A DNA stretch of 64,000 nt, from NCBI GenBank assembly GCA_918797485.1, contig CAKKNE010000004.1, forward strand, positions 2,790,001 through 2,854,000, in the 5' to 3' direction. Position numbers and translations under genes: made by a program. Origin of the DNA: Pelagomonas calceolata. Taxonomy: Eukaryota. The stretch's first letter is position 1. Each line of letters begins with the position of its first letter. Of the stretch, positions 21,667-31,681 are shown one piece after another. Below the pieces are notes generated by a model. The model saw only the letters and a program-made list of their open reading frames with translations. It did no database searches and was not told the origin of the DNA.

Positions 21667-22506
21667 ATGCGCTGCCTCAGACTTGTGCTGCTCGCGCCGC
21701 TGGCCACCGCATGGGTCGTCACTCGACCGACGCGACGACCAACGAACCTCGCGGCCAAGAAGAAGTCGCGCAAACTCGAACGGCTGCAGGAGCTCAAGGA
21801 GGTGTCGGGCGCGGAGCTCGACGCCACGGAGCAGTGGGCCGCGAACCTCGAATCACGGTTAGACGCTGCTATGGACGATGGTGATCGGGACGAGAAAGCT
21901 TCAAAAGTTTTGGAGCTGTGCAAGGAGGAGAACCGGGATTTCGACGCCATCGACGCCGCGGTCAAGGACCTCGCGGCCTTGCCCGCCTACCCGGACATAG
22001 GGTTCCGAGCGCGGGGCGACTGGCGCTTGGTCTGGGCGAAGAGCGACGAGGGCGTCGGCTTCATCGGTACGGGCCTCCACCGCGTGCCTCTCGCTAATTT
22101 GGAAGACCAGTTCTTGTCGCTCGAAGCCGATGGGAGCTGCGCGTTGACCGAGGTGATCCGGGTCATCGGGCCCTTTCCGAACGTGAAGAATCTACTTACT
22201 GGTACTTCGACGGTCGGTCCCTCGACGCTGCGCTTGACCTACACGAAGGTGATTGACGGCACAGGGGCTGAATTAACCTCATCACAAGCGCGGTCCGTCA
22301 AATTAAGGTTGGCCGCTCTCTCAAAAAGCTTGCTCGTCGTCGCGGCCGCGTCGATCGACGCGGACGACTGGCTCGTCTTCGAGCGCGAGGACGACTTCGC
22401 CGACGCGTTGGAAAGGTTACGCGTGCCGCCGAACACTCCCGAGGACGAAGAGGAGGATTCGGGAGGGTTCAAGATGCCGAAGATGCCGTGGGATAAGAAG
22501 GAATAG
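21667..22506 (+). CDS. Plastid lipid-associated (PAP/fibrillin)-like protein
   Basis: Signal peptide ending ATA-W (ASAFAP-like), GDWRLVW motif, predicted beta-rich C-terminal half. Confidence 0.65.
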   Translation: MRCLRLVLLAPLATAWVVTRPTRRPTNLAAKKKSRKLERLQELKEVSGAELDATEQWAANLESRLDAAMDDGDRDEKASKVLELCKEENRDFDAIDAAVKDLAALPAYPDIGFRARGDWRLVWAKSDEGVGFIGTGLHRVPLANLEDQFLSLEADGSCALTEVIRVIGPFPNVKNLLTGTSTVGPSTLRLTYTKVIDGTGAELTSSQARSVKLRLAALSKSLLVVAAASIDADDWLVFEREDDFADALERLRVPPNTPEDEEEDSGGFKMPKMPWDKKE

Positions 22507-22600
22507 TAGTTACCGTGCCAGTGACCTAGTCCAGGGGGCGGCAGTCACGGTCGCTCATCAATATGTGATAGTAGACTTAAACGGGCGGCGGCAAGGGCGC

Positions 22601-23326
22601 TCACTCGTCCAGGGCGCCGCTCGCCGCCGCGAGGAACGCGGCCTCGTCGTCGTCGTCCGAGTCGTCGGACACGACGGGCACGAGCGCCGGCACGGAATCA
22701 AACAGGGACTCCACGCGGCCGGCGCGGCACAGGACGTGCAGGCGCGACGCGTCGACGACGTCTGTGTCGTCGTTCGCAGGCATATCAAACACCAACAGGC
22801 CGTGCGACGCGGCGCTCTTCATCAAAGCCGCCGCGCCGCCGTAAATACGGTGAACGACGCAGAGCACGCACACGCCGTCTTCCGAAAGCTGGTCGGCGAT
22901 GGTCGCCACGAGCGCATCTAGATTGGTGTTGTAGTAGAGCAGCTCCGAGCCCACTACTAAATCGGCAGTACCACTCGGCGCATCAACACAAGGCTCGCCG
23001 AAGCGCAATTGAGCCGCGGCGCCGTGCGCGGACGCCAGCTCCACTATATGTGAAGAGCCGTCCGTCGCGAGCGCGCTTTTCGCGCCGAGTAACACGGAGG
23101 CGCGCGCGAGCGCCGCGTGGGCGCCGCAGCCGAGCTCGACGACGCGCTTGCCACGCACTAACGACGGCGCACTCTCGAGGAACCGCACGACACGTCGCGC
23201 CGGCGCGGCCCACAACCGGAGCCCCGTCCGGTCCTCACCTTGACAAAGTTCGTTGAACGCGCCGTAGGACGGCTGCGCGCCGAGCTCGAGGCATTTCCCG
23301 GCCACGTTTATACTGATAACCTCCAT
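22601..23326 (-). CDS. Methyltransf_16 (METTL21/EEF1AKMT-like) SAM-dependent methyltransferase
   Basis: TGLRLW, GKRVVELGCG, ATDG, DLVVGSELLY motifs. Confidence 0.85.
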   Translation of the reverse strand: MEVISINVAGKCLELGAQPSYGAFNELCQGEDRTGLRLWAAPARRVVRFLESAPSLVRGKRVVELGCGAHAALARASVLLGAKSALATDGSSHIVELASAHGAAAQLRFGEPCVDAPSGTADLVVGSELLYYNTNLDALVATIADQLSEDGVCVLCVVHRIYGGAAALMKSAASHGLLVFDMPANDDTDVVDASRLHVLCRAGRVESLFDSVPALVPVVSDDSDDDDEAAFLAAASGALDE

Positions 23327-23329
23327 CGT

Positions 23330-23593
23330 TTAGCCCACTACAGCACCAGTCGCTCTATCAATAACGGCCTCGCTCTCCTGGAGCTCAAAGTTCTCGACGG
23401 AGTTGCCGCGGATCACGACGGTGCCGATCGGCGTCTTCTCCGTGAGGGAAATGAGTTCGACGGCGTCCTCCACCACAAGGTTCATAAATTGATCGTAGCC
23501 TCGCAAGTAACCGGTGAGCTTTCTCTTCCCCACCAAGCGGATCAGCAGCTTCTTCTCCATGTAGCGCTTCAGGTCCGGGCCTTTCGCCGACAT
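23330..23593 (-). CDS. SNRPG: Small nuclear ribonucleoprotein SmG
   Basis: PDLKRYMEKKL..G.LRGYDQFMNLVVEDAVE..IGTVVIRGNSV (Sm1 and Sm2 motifs). Confidence 0.88.
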   Translation of the reverse strand: MSAKGPDLKRYMEKKLLIRLVGKRKLTGYLRGYDQFMNLVVEDAVELISLTEKTPIGTVVIRGNSVENFELQESEAVIDRATGAVVG

Positions 23594-23800
23594 GGTTGTT
23601 TATTTACGCGCGGTTTGCGGGTGCTTTGGTGATATGCCGCGATAGCGATTTTGGCTTTTGGTAGCACGGGACGGCGCGGCGAGGCTGGTTGGTCGTTGTA
23701 GCGGCGGCGAGGCTGCGCGGCGGCAATGTGCTGTCTATTAATGCTTCTGGGGAGCGGCAGCGGCGTCAGCGAGGCGGCGGCTTGGTTGCCAAAAAACGCT

Positions 23801-23824
23801 GCTAGCGTCCTGTAAGACACTAGC
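23801..23824 (+). promoter_or_regulatory. GCTAG-box upstream element, copy 3
   Basis: GCTAGCGTCCTGTAAGACACTAGC, 208 bp upstream of the SmG start. Confidence 0.6.
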
Positions 23825-23903
23825 ACGGTTTTCGGGGCCAAGTTTTCACGCCGACGTGGCGGGGGAGAAGTACTACACTAAACCGAATTTACAAATAAAG
23901 CTG

Positions 23904-25157
23904 CTAGCCCGTCGCCGCCGCGACGAGCCCGAACGATAATAAGCTCCCGCACGACAGCCCCAGGACCAGAAATAACCCCATCAAGTTCCCCGCGAGCTCC
24001 CTATCTGAGGCCGCGACCAAGGGCGGCGCCGCCGTCAGCGCGAGCGCCGCGAGTAGCCCGTTCGACAGCGCGAACGGCGCCATGAGCAGGAACGGCGCCG
24101 CCGTCGTTTGTAATACAGCGGGGCCGGATGGGCCCTTCTCGATGTCGTCGAAGATGAAGCAGGGGACGAACGCGAACCGTAATGACGAGAGCAACACCAG
24201 TGTTCGGGATGAGGGCGCCTCGAAGCATGCCGCACTTGCACGTCCGATCGTATCGAGCGCGTTAAATTCGAGGAACAATAATGGTACAAATAGACGCTTG
24301 TGCAGGGCGTTCGCGTTCGATGGCGCGCGCGTCAATGATGTTAATGCGGGAAACACACTTAGAGTGCACGTGAACACCAGGAAAACACTCAGCGCGGGCA
24401 GCGCGATCGACCTACAAACTTGTGTGATGTCGCCGTCGTTCTCTACGAGGGGTGTATCTAGATTCACCTCAGCCTCTTCCTCGTCCTCTTCAGTAACAAC
24501 CATGGCTTCATTCAACCCGCTCGCGATATACCTCGTCGAACGCTCCAGCACGCCAAAGGCCGCGACGGCGGCGCCGAACAATAGAGCGGAGGCCACGAAA
24601 TAGATAACAGCCGCCTTGTCGATGTGCGGCGCGACGCATGCCTCGTCCGGCGTACCGGAGGAAGACAGCGCAACTAAAACAACAGCTAGGGCCGGCGCGA
24701 CGCCGGCCAAACCCTGGCCGGCCATATTTGCGGCCGTAAAGTTGTCCCTGAGGGCCGCGCAGACGCCGTACGTCGCTGAGCATAGTAGTTGGGATAACCC
24801 CCCGCAGAGGGCCACGCCTATTACTGTTGCTGGAGCGAATACGGAGTCGCGCGGCGCGTCGGCCCAGACAGCTAGCAGCGCGAAGAGGACGAAGATGACG
24901 CCCAAACAGTAGGTCGTCGGCACGATTCTACGTCTTACGGATATTCGTCGTGACAATTTCGGCGCCCAGGCCGCCACCACCAGGGCCGCGGCCTGGTAGG
25001 CTAAGGAGAAGGCCGACTCATGGTAGCGCGCGAGCGGGCTGCCGCAGAAGCGCTGGCGCCAGTACGTCGGGATCGTGATCACGGCGTTCCAGGCAAACAA
25101 CGCCGCCATGCCTATTAACATAACGCAGAGCTCGGGGAGCTTGTCTCGTAGCGTCAT
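23904..25157 (-). CDS. Equilibrative nucleoside transporter (SLC29/ENT)
   Basis: G.AALFAWNAVIT, MAGQGLAG, TLSVFP, FNALDTIGR, RFAFVP, SNG motifs; ~11 TM helices. Confidence 0.92.
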   Translation of the reverse strand: MTLRDKLPELCVMLIGMAALFAWNAVITIPTYWRQRFCGSPLARYHESAFSLAYQAAALVVAAWAPKLSRRISVRRRIVPTTYCLGVIFVLFALLAVWADAPRDSVFAPATVIGVALCGGLSQLLCSATYGVCAALRDNFTAANMAGQGLAGVAPALAVVLVALSSSGTPDEACVAPHIDKAAVIYFVASALLFGAAVAAFGVLERSTRYIASGLNEAMVVTEEDEEEAEVNLDTPLVENDGDITQVCRSIALPALSVFLVFTCTLSVFPALTSLTRAPSNANALHKRLFVPLLFLEFNALDTIGRASAACFEAPSSRTLVLLSSLRFAFVPCFIFDDIEKGPSGPAVLQTTAAPFLLMAPFALSNGLLAALALTAAPPLVAASDRELAGNLMGLFLVLGLSCGSLLSFGLVAAATG

Positions 25158-25354
25158 TTTGTTGTTTTTTCTCGCTGCGGCGGCGTGCGTGCGCTGCAGG
25201 TAGGGTTGCTGGTGCTGGGTGCAGGGCTCAAGCGCTCTACGGCGCCGGCGCTGGCACGGCTGGCTTCAGCGTCGCAGAGCTGTGGTTTTTACAGAATTTT
25301 GGCTGGTTGTAGTGGACACAAGCCTGCAAAAACGTCGACAGGCAAAAAATCTGA

Positions 25355-25378
25355 GCTAGCGGCGTGTAAGACACTAGC
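25355..25378 (+). promoter_or_regulatory. GCTAG-box upstream element, copy 4
   Basis: GCTAGCGGCGTGTAAGACACTAGC, ~200 bp from both divergent ATGs. Confidence 0.6.
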
Positions 25379-25576
25379 ATTAGCACCAGGAATGAGCTGG
25401 GGCGGTTTGTGAGCTCACTCGCTACGCAAGCGGTCGTCAGAAACGGCTGATCGCACCTACAGTTGGCTCTGAACACGCCAGAGAAGCGTGCGGAGCGTCG
25501 AGGCCGCACAGACTCATAAGCTCCAGACTGAGTCCAGAGACCTCCGCAGCTCAAGGAACTCGCACAGCTCGCAAAA

Positions 25577-27157
25577 ATGGACGCGGAGCAAGCCCACGTC
25601 ACCCTGAGTATCAGCGGCGCAGACCAGCGCATCAACATCACGGAAAACGCCACCGCGGCGCTCCTCTTCGACGCCGTCGCCGGCGCGTTGGACGCGAGCA
25701 CCGTCAAGCTCCTGCACAAAGGGAAACGGCTCGCGCGCGACGACGCCTTGACGCCGGGCATGCGCGTGTTGTGCCTCGGCACGACGACGCAGCAGAAAGA
25801 TAGAATAGCGGCGCAGCGGAGCGACCCGACGATTCGCGGCTTCAAGGAGGAGGCGGCACGCGAGGCCGCGAGGAGAGGCGCTGTCGATGAACTCCAGCAA
25901 CACCCGGAGTACAAGTTTTGTAGGATCGAGGCCGTCAAGCGCTTCGACGGGCGGCGCGGCCCGCACCGGTTCGAGGCCGAGAAATTATTGAGGAGCATGG
26001 CGTCCGAAGTAGCACCGATCATGGTCTCCCACGCCTGGACCGTCGGTGGACTCATAGAGATGGACCCGCGCGACGATCAAATAATGAAGAAGAAGCAGCA
26101 GGAGGGCGGGTGTCTATTGGGCTACAACGAAAACATGGGCGCGAGGATTTACGTGAAACTCAGACAGGACGACGGCACCTTTCACGACCGGGACGCGTTG
26201 ATGAAGACGTTATTGCACGAGCTCTGCCACAACGTCGTGGGGCCGCACAACGCCGTCTTTTTTGCCTTGTATGCGGACGTGCGCGCGGAGCACCTCGCCC
26301 TGACCCGCAAGGCCGCGGGCCGGCATCGGACCTTGGCCGATGCTTCTACGAAGGAGACCGTCGCGCGCGAGCTCGCCTCGGAGGCGGGCAACGGCGCTCT
26401 ACAAGGCGGCGAGCGCGCGTCGGCCGCCTTCGTCGCGAACGCCGTCTCTATGTTACCCGACGCGCCTGTCGCGCCGCCGCCGCCGCCGCCTGCCGTCGAC
26501 GCCGCTGAACAACGCGTCGCGAGCGCCGCCGCAGCCGAGCGCCGCCGCTTGGGTGTGTGCAAGCCCTGTGCTCCGGCTGTGTCTGCTCCTGCGCCATCCG
26601 TGCCCGCCGCTATGGAGCTGGACACCCCGCCCGCTTCGGCCATGGAGGTGGAGACTGCTCCTGCGCCGTCCGTGCCCGAGCCGCCAGCGCCATCGCCGGA
26701 CCCGGGACTCGCGTCGCTCGCCGCGATGGGCTTCGAGGGTCCCGCGGCCGCGGCGGCGCTCAAGGCGACGGCCGGCGACGTCTCCGCCGCGCTCGAGCGG
26801 CTCCTCAACCCTGGAGCGGCCGTATCTGCACCGGAAACCGGGTCGCGCCAGGAGCGCGTCCTCCGTGCCTCGAGCGACCTCCACGCGCTCGGTGCGCCCG
26901 CACAAGAAGCTGCCGCGACGTTGACGGCCATCCTCACGAACGCGGAACGCGGTGAGGAAAAATTCAAGCGCGTGCGCCTCGGCAACAAGAAGTTCCTGCG
27001 AACGGCGGGCAAATTCGCGGCGGCCCTGCGGCTGCTCGAGGCCGTCGGCTTCGAGCGCGAGACCTCGGCCGAGGGCGACGTCTACGCGCTGAAGAGGACG
27101 GATCCAGGGCTGCTCTGGCTCGGGCGGTCGGCGCTCGCTGACCTCGTCGCGCCTTGA
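25577..27157 (+). CDS. UBL-WLM(Wss1-like metalloprotease)-UBA-PUB protein
   Basis: KLLHKGK (UBL); LLGYNENMG..LR..TLLHELCHNVVGPH (WLM HExxH); LAAMGF (UBA); KFKRVRLGN..LEAVGF (PUB). Confidence 0.9.
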   Translation: MDAEQAHVTLSISGADQRINITENATAALLFDAVAGALDASTVKLLHKGKRLARDDALTPGMRVLCLGTTTQQKDRIAAQRSDPTIRGFKEEAAREAARRGAVDELQQHPEYKFCRIEAVKRFDGRRGPHRFEAEKLLRSMASEVAPIMVSHAWTVGGLIEMDPRDDQIMKKKQQEGGCLLGYNENMGARIYVKLRQDDGTFHDRDALMKTLLHELCHNVVGPHNAVFFALYADVRAEHLALTRKAAGRHRTLADASTKETVARELASEAGNGALQGGERASAAFVANAVSMLPDAPVAPPPPPPAVDAAEQRVASAAAAERRRLGVCKPCAPAVSAPAPSVPAAMELDTPPASAMEVETAPAPSVPEPPAPSPDPGLASLAAMGFEGPAAAAALKATAGDVSAALERLLNPGAAVSAPETGSRQERVLRASSDLHALGAPAQEAAATLTAILTNAERGEEKFKRVRLGNKKFLRTAGKFAAALRLLEAVGFERETSAEGDVYALKRTDPGLLWLGRSALADLVAP

Positions 27158-27184
27158 TTGTTGTTAATTATTACTGGTACTTAC

Positions 27185-27844
27185 TCACAATTCGACGGCC
27201 TTGTCGTCCGCCCCCAGAACGAAGAGCACGGCGTAATCCTGCCTCGCGCAGCCAGTGACGTCCGGCATCGCGGCGCCAGGCGTCACGGGGAAGTCCTTTC
27301 GGTTCGCTTGAGCGGGAGTGCATGTGCCGCCGCCCGGCGTGTAGAGGGCGCTCCGGCACGGGAGGTGGGTCACGTCGAAGAGCTTGCCTTCCTTCAGGGA
27401 CCAGGCGCCGTTCTTCGCGACCGTGAGTTCGGTTGTGACTTTGCGAGCACCGGTAACGACGTAGCGGCCGGGCGGGAGAGGTGCAGGCTCCTCCATGATG
27501 AGCCCGTGTTCCTCGAGCCACCACGCCTTGTCGTTGAATTGCCAGCCCGCGGGAGCCTTGCCGCCCTTCGCGGCGAGGTTTTCGTAGGCGCCCAATTGGA
27601 CGCCGCGCGGGCCCGGATCGAGGCGCCAGAGGCCCCACTCTTGGGCACCCTTGCCCGATGACGCGTCTTTGTCTCCCAATGCAGCAATGAACTGAATGGG
27701 TCTGAGTTTTTTCATTTCCGCCTGTGCAGCGTTCGGTGCGACCAGAGCTGCTGCAGCAATGCCAGTGAGACCTCGGCGTGAGAGGCGCAGTGCGGTGGCA
27801 CCGCTCGCAAAAAGCATCAGCATTCCGTGGGTCGACTGCATCAT
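27185..27844 (-). CDS. Unknown protein, probably thylakoid-lumen targeted
   Basis: Signal peptide followed by twin-arginine SRRG..hydrophobic..AQA; globular C-terminus. Start may be 27823. Confidence 0.65.
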   Translation of the reverse strand: MMQSTHGMLMLFASGATALRLSRRGLTGIAAAALVAPNAAQAEMKKLRPIQFIAALGDKDASSGKGAQEWGLWRLDPGPRGVQLGAYENLAAKGGKAPAGWQFNDKAWWLEEHGLIMEEPAPLPPGRYVVTGARKVTTELTVAKNGAWSLKEGKLFDVTHLPCRSALYTPGGGTCTPAQANRKDFPVTPGAAMPDVTGCARQDYAVLFVLGADDKAVEL

Positions 27845-27910
27845 ACCTCAAAGTGATCCTTAACGTAACGTGTATAGCACTGACTCGTGTTTTTGCTCTC
27901 GGATTGGCTG

Positions 27911-27932
27911 GCTAGTGTCTTACGCCGCTAGC
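27911..27932 (-). promoter_or_regulatory. GCTAG-box upstream element, copy 5
   Basis: Reverse complement reads GCTAGCGGCGTAAGACACTAGC. Confidence 0.6.
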
Positions 27933-27999
27933 ATACGTGCGCAGGTAATCGGCGCCACGGACCCCATCACGCCGTCGAAGCATGTCAACAAGCATACAA

Positions 28000-29382
28000 T
28001 TAACCACCGTTACCCTCGCCGCCTTCGTCGCGCGCCTTCGCCGCCGCCGCGCGCCCGCGCGCGACGCAGTCCTGGAGCGCCTTCTTGAGGCCCGAGTTCT
28101 TCTCGTCGAGTTTCAGGGCGTCGAAGTACGCCGCCGCCGCCTCCTCGTAGTCGCCCGTGGCCTCGAGCGCGGCGCCCCTCCTATAGTGCGCCTTCGGCCA
28201 CCGGCCGTCGAGCACGACACAATCATTCGCGTCTTCCAACGCACCAGCCGCGTCGCCAAGCGCTAAACGAGACGCGCACCTGTTCGAGAAGAAGGTCTTC
28301 TGCGTGGCGTCGAGCTCGATAGCTCTCGTGTAGAGCGCGAGCGCCTCAGCATGCTCGCCCTTTAAAGTGTGGGCGTTGCCCTCGTCTTTCAGCCTTCTAG
28401 CCTCGAGCGCGTCCTCGTCCGACGGCGGCGCCGGCAGCGGTTTTGGTGGTGGCTCCTTCTCATCAACAGTTTTGGGCGCGTTCTTCGCGGCCGTCCAGAG
28501 CTCGTCGAAGTCCTCTTCAGTTATCTGACAAGCATACTCGGCGCAACTCCGCCGGCCCGCGACGGCGGCGCAGCCCGCGGCCGTCCTCCCGTCGGCATCG
28601 GCGTGTTTACACGCTTTCCGGCCGTTCGCGCCATTTTCACAAACAGCTTTAAGGGCTGCAAGATCGCCCCGGTCGGCGCACATGTGGGCCACCGTCGCAC
28701 CGCCCGCGACCACCGCGCCGCAGTCCGCGCCCTTTCTCGCTAATCGCTCCACGACGTCCGCGTTGCCGACGGCCGCCGCGAGTAAGATAGGCGCGATGCC
28801 GCGCGCGTCCACGCAATTCGGGTCCGCGCCCAGCTCCAACAAAGTAGCACACGCTTCTGCGGATGCTGGCATCGCTTCAACAGCATCGCAGCCGGCGGAC
28901 CAGTGCAGGGGCGTGCCCGAGCTCTTGGCCTGCGCGTTCACGTCGGCGCCATTTTCAACAAGTACCTTGACGCATTCTTGTGCCTCGGTCGTCGCCTCGG
29001 CCGGCGCGCAGGCTTTATGTAAGGGCGTCGCTCCGGAAGAATCGGCGCCCTTCGCGTCGGCGCCCCACTTCAGCAATAATTCGACGACGGCCGTGCGGCA
29101 GCGCGACGCCGCGAGGTGCAGCGGCGTCGCGCCGTCGTCGTCGGCTTGAGATGATAATTGCGGCGCGAGCTCCAATATCCGCTTCGCGCAATCAACAGAA
29201 CCGCTCGCCGCCGCGAAGTGCAGGCAGGAGCGCCCGCGACCGTCCTTGTACTTGTCGAGGTCCTTCGTGCCTTCGACCGTCTTCGTGTCGCCGCGGCTCG
29301 CCGCCTCGAAGAGCGCCTTGATGTCGCGCTTGGCCGCCGCCATGGTGGCGTACTGCTGCTTCGCTGCTTGCTTGGACGGCAT
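28000..29382 (-). CDS. Ankyrin-repeat + TPR protein
   Basis: Multiple G.TPLH.A ankyrin repeats, then LKDEGN..ALALYTRAI..FSNR TPR clamp. Confidence 0.9.
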   Translation of the reverse strand: MPSKQAAKQQYATMAAAKRDIKALFEAASRGDTKTVEGTKDLDKYKDGRGRSCLHFAAASGSVDCAKRILELAPQLSSQADDDGATPLHLAASRCRTAVVELLLKWGADAKGADSSGATPLHKACAPAEATTEAQECVKVLVENGADVNAQAKSSGTPLHWSAGCDAVEAMPASAEACATLLELGADPNCVDARGIAPILLAAAVGNADVVERLARKGADCGAVVAGGATVAHMCADRGDLAALKAVCENGANGRKACKHADADGRTAAGCAAVAGRRSCAEYACQITEEDFDELWTAAKNAPKTVDEKEPPPKPLPAPPSDEDALEARRLKDEGNAHTLKGEHAEALALYTRAIELDATQKTFFSNRCASRLALGDAAGALEDANDCVVLDGRWPKAHYRRGAALEATGDYEEAAAAYFDALKLDEKNSGLKKALQDCVARGRAAAAKARDEGGEGNGG

Positions 29383-29757
29383 GATGCTGCAGCAGTGCTC
29401 CTTGTGTTGTGCTCACGCGCGCGCGACGAGTGGTGGTCGTTCGCTCGTCGACGTGCGATCAAGACGCGACGATCGGTGTGTAGTTTGCTGCTGCGCGAGC
29501 ACGGCTGCGCCGCGTGGGAGGACAGGCTCTCACTGTCGCCGCCAAGCAGCAGTGCAGCGCTCTCGAGCACAGCTGCAAAGTTGTACCGAGCTAGGCAGGC
29601 GTTTCGCTCTCTGAACGCAGTTCTGAGACACGAGAGCGATCGAAGGTCAGGCAACCGCGCACGACTCGCGGTGAAACGCTCTGAGAGCTCCACTGTCAAG
29701 CACTCGGCCAGGCGCACGCAGCGCGGAGCCAACCAGGCAAACCGACTGCGACACACG

Positions 29758-30384
29758 ATGCGTCTCATCGTCATCGCGACGGGCGCACTCGCCTGGCGGC
29801 CGTCACACCGCACGGCGAGACGAGCCGCGCCCGTCGACCACGCGAGCGACGAGGAGGCCTGGTGGCGGGACATGAATATGCAAGGAGACGCACACGTGGC
29901 GCCGCCGCCCGCGCCGCCACAGACACGAAAGGCGCGCCGCCTCGACGCCGGCGATAGTGTAGAGGCCGCGTTTCCCAAATTTGGCCCCGGCGGCGGCGAC
30001 ACGACGTGGTCGCCCGACGTCTGGGAGTTCACGCCGGAGGCGGACCGCGCGCGGGCCGGCGCCGGCGCGAGCGCCGCGCGCGTGCCCCACGAGCAGTTTC
30101 GTGAAGAGGCGCCATCCGCACCGGACGCCGCGCCGCCACTACCGCCCCGGAAACGCAAGACCCCGCGCACGCTCTACGACGACCTCGGCTGCGCGCGGGA
30201 CGCGTCGCCCTCGGCGCTCCGCGCCGCGTGGGCGCGCCTCTGCCGGCGCCACCATCCGGACTCCGGCCGGGACGCGTCGCCGGAGATGTTCGCGCGCGTC
30301 ATGGCCGCCTGGGCGCGGCTCGGGTCGCCGGAGGCGCGCGCGACGTACGATGCGGAGCTGCTGCGCGAGGAGCGGCTTTCCTGA
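29758..30384 (+). CDS. Probable plastid-targeted J-domain (DnaJ) protein
   Basis: Signal ending ALA-W; LYDDLG..RRHHPD..RATYD J-domain. Confidence 0.8.
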   Translation: MRLIVIATGALAWRPSHRTARRAAPVDHASDEEAWWRDMNMQGDAHVAPPPAPPQTRKARRLDAGDSVEAAFPKFGPGGGDTTWSPDVWEFTPEADRARAGAGASAARVPHEQFREEAPSAPDAAPPLPPRKRKTPRTLYDDLGCARDASPSALRAAWARLCRRHHPDSGRDASPEMFARVMAAWARLGSPEARATYDAELLREERLS

Positions 30385-30462
30385 GCCTTTGTTTTTTGTT
30401 TGTTAATATGCTTGTATTATACTGTCGCTCCTTCCTTGGTCTCTTGCTAGTTCTCATGTTCC

Positions 30463-30499
30463 GGTGCTAGGACTAGTTTAGACTAGTGGGCGGAGCCCC
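30463..30499 (+). repeat. Dispersed CTAG-rich 3'-flank element, copy A
   Basis: GGTGCTAG[GACTAGTTTA]GACTAGTGGGCGGAGCCCC; matches the reverse complement of 38038-38064 apart from a 10 bp insertion. Confidence 0.7.
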
Positions 30500-30663
30500 C
30501 TGCCTAGAAGCCCCTGCCCAGGGCTGAGGGGTGACACCGCGTGTCTCCCCGCGTCCGCGTCATAACCAAAGCAGCTGCTGCCTGATCTTCTTCGTCGTCC
30601 CGCTACCAATGTCGCTGAATCCCACGGCTCGTACGCACGAGCTAAAAACCGCGGGAGCCTTGG

Positions 30664-30686
30664 GCTAGCGGTGTAAGGACACTAGA
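30664..30686 (+). promoter_or_regulatory. GCTAG-box upstream element, copy 6
   Basis: GCTAGCGGTGTAAGGACACTAGA, upstream of ispD. Confidence 0.55.
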
Positions 30687-30832
30687 CCTACAAGGCCTTA
30701 GATCGCGGCGTCGCATCTCTGCGTGCTAGCTCTCTGTAGCTGCAGCGCCGCTCGTTGCACCTCTACGCCAATCGCCGCGTCGCTGCTGCACCTCAGTTGG
30801 AGCAACCGCTGCACTATACTCCTTGCACAGTC

Positions 30833-31654
30833 ATGATGCGTGCCCTACTACTCTGCGCAGCGCTCACGCATGCGCTGGTGCCCACGCTGCCGACGCCGCA
30901 GCGAACGCGCCCGGGCGCAGCACTCACGATGATGGCGGAGAACAAAAAAGATGTTGCGGTCGTCATTTTGGCGGGCGGCACCGGCAGCCGCATGAAGGCG
31001 GACCGGCCGAAGCAGTTCTTACCTTTAAGAGGGAAGATGATCATCAAATATTCTTTAGATTTGTTTTTGAACGACATCGAGGGCATCTGCAAGGTCGTCG
31101 TCGTGCTCGCGGAGCAGTACCGGCAAGATTTCAAGGAGTACGCCGATCGCGTGACCTTCGCGGACCCGGGTGCCGAGCGGCAGGACTCCGTGAAGAGCGG
31201 TTTAGATTCTTGCCCCGACGATGCTGCATTAGTGGCAATTCACGACGCCGCGCGACCGCTCGTCACGCCGGATGAGATTTATAGTGTGTTCGGCGACGCG
31301 CGGGAGCACGGCGCCGCCGTATTGGGCGTCCCGGTAAAGGCGACGGTCAAGGAAAGTGGCGACGGCAAATTTGTGTTGAGGACGGTCGACCGGTCGCGGC
31401 TCTGGGAGGTCCACACCCCGCAGGTCATCGAGCCCGCTTTACTGAAAAGGGGCTTCGCGAAGGTCGACTCGGAAAAGCTCGAGATCACGGACGACGTCAG
31501 CGTCGTGGAGCAGCTCGGCGCCCCCGTGCGGCTGACGCTCGGCGAGTACACGAACCTGAAGGTGACGACGCCCGACGACATGGTCGTTGCCGGGCAGATC
31601 TTGGACCAAAGAAGCGGGAAGCGGGGCTGGCGGAAGCTGCTGTTCTGGAAGTAG
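30833..31654 (+). CDS. ispD: 2-C-methyl-D-erythritol 4-phosphate cytidylyltransferase (plastid MEP pathway)
   Basis: ILAGGTGSRM..PKQFL, GAERQDSV, IHDAARPLV, TPQ, TDD, NLKVTTPDD; bipartite targeting presequence. Confidence 0.95.
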   Translation: MMRALLLCAALTHALVPTLPTPQRTRPGAALTMMAENKKDVAVVILAGGTGSRMKADRPKQFLPLRGKMIIKYSLDLFLNDIEGICKVVVVLAEQYRQDFKEYADRVTFADPGAERQDSVKSGLDSCPDDAALVAIHDAARPLVTPDEIYSVFGDAREHGAAVLGVPVKATVKESGDGKFVLRTVDRSRLWEVHTPQVIEPALLKRGFAKVDSEKLEITDDVSVVEQLGAPVRLTLGEYTNLKVTTPDDMVVAGQILDQRSGKRGWRKLLFWK

Positions 31655-31681
31655 ATCACTCCAAATAACATATTAACAGTC

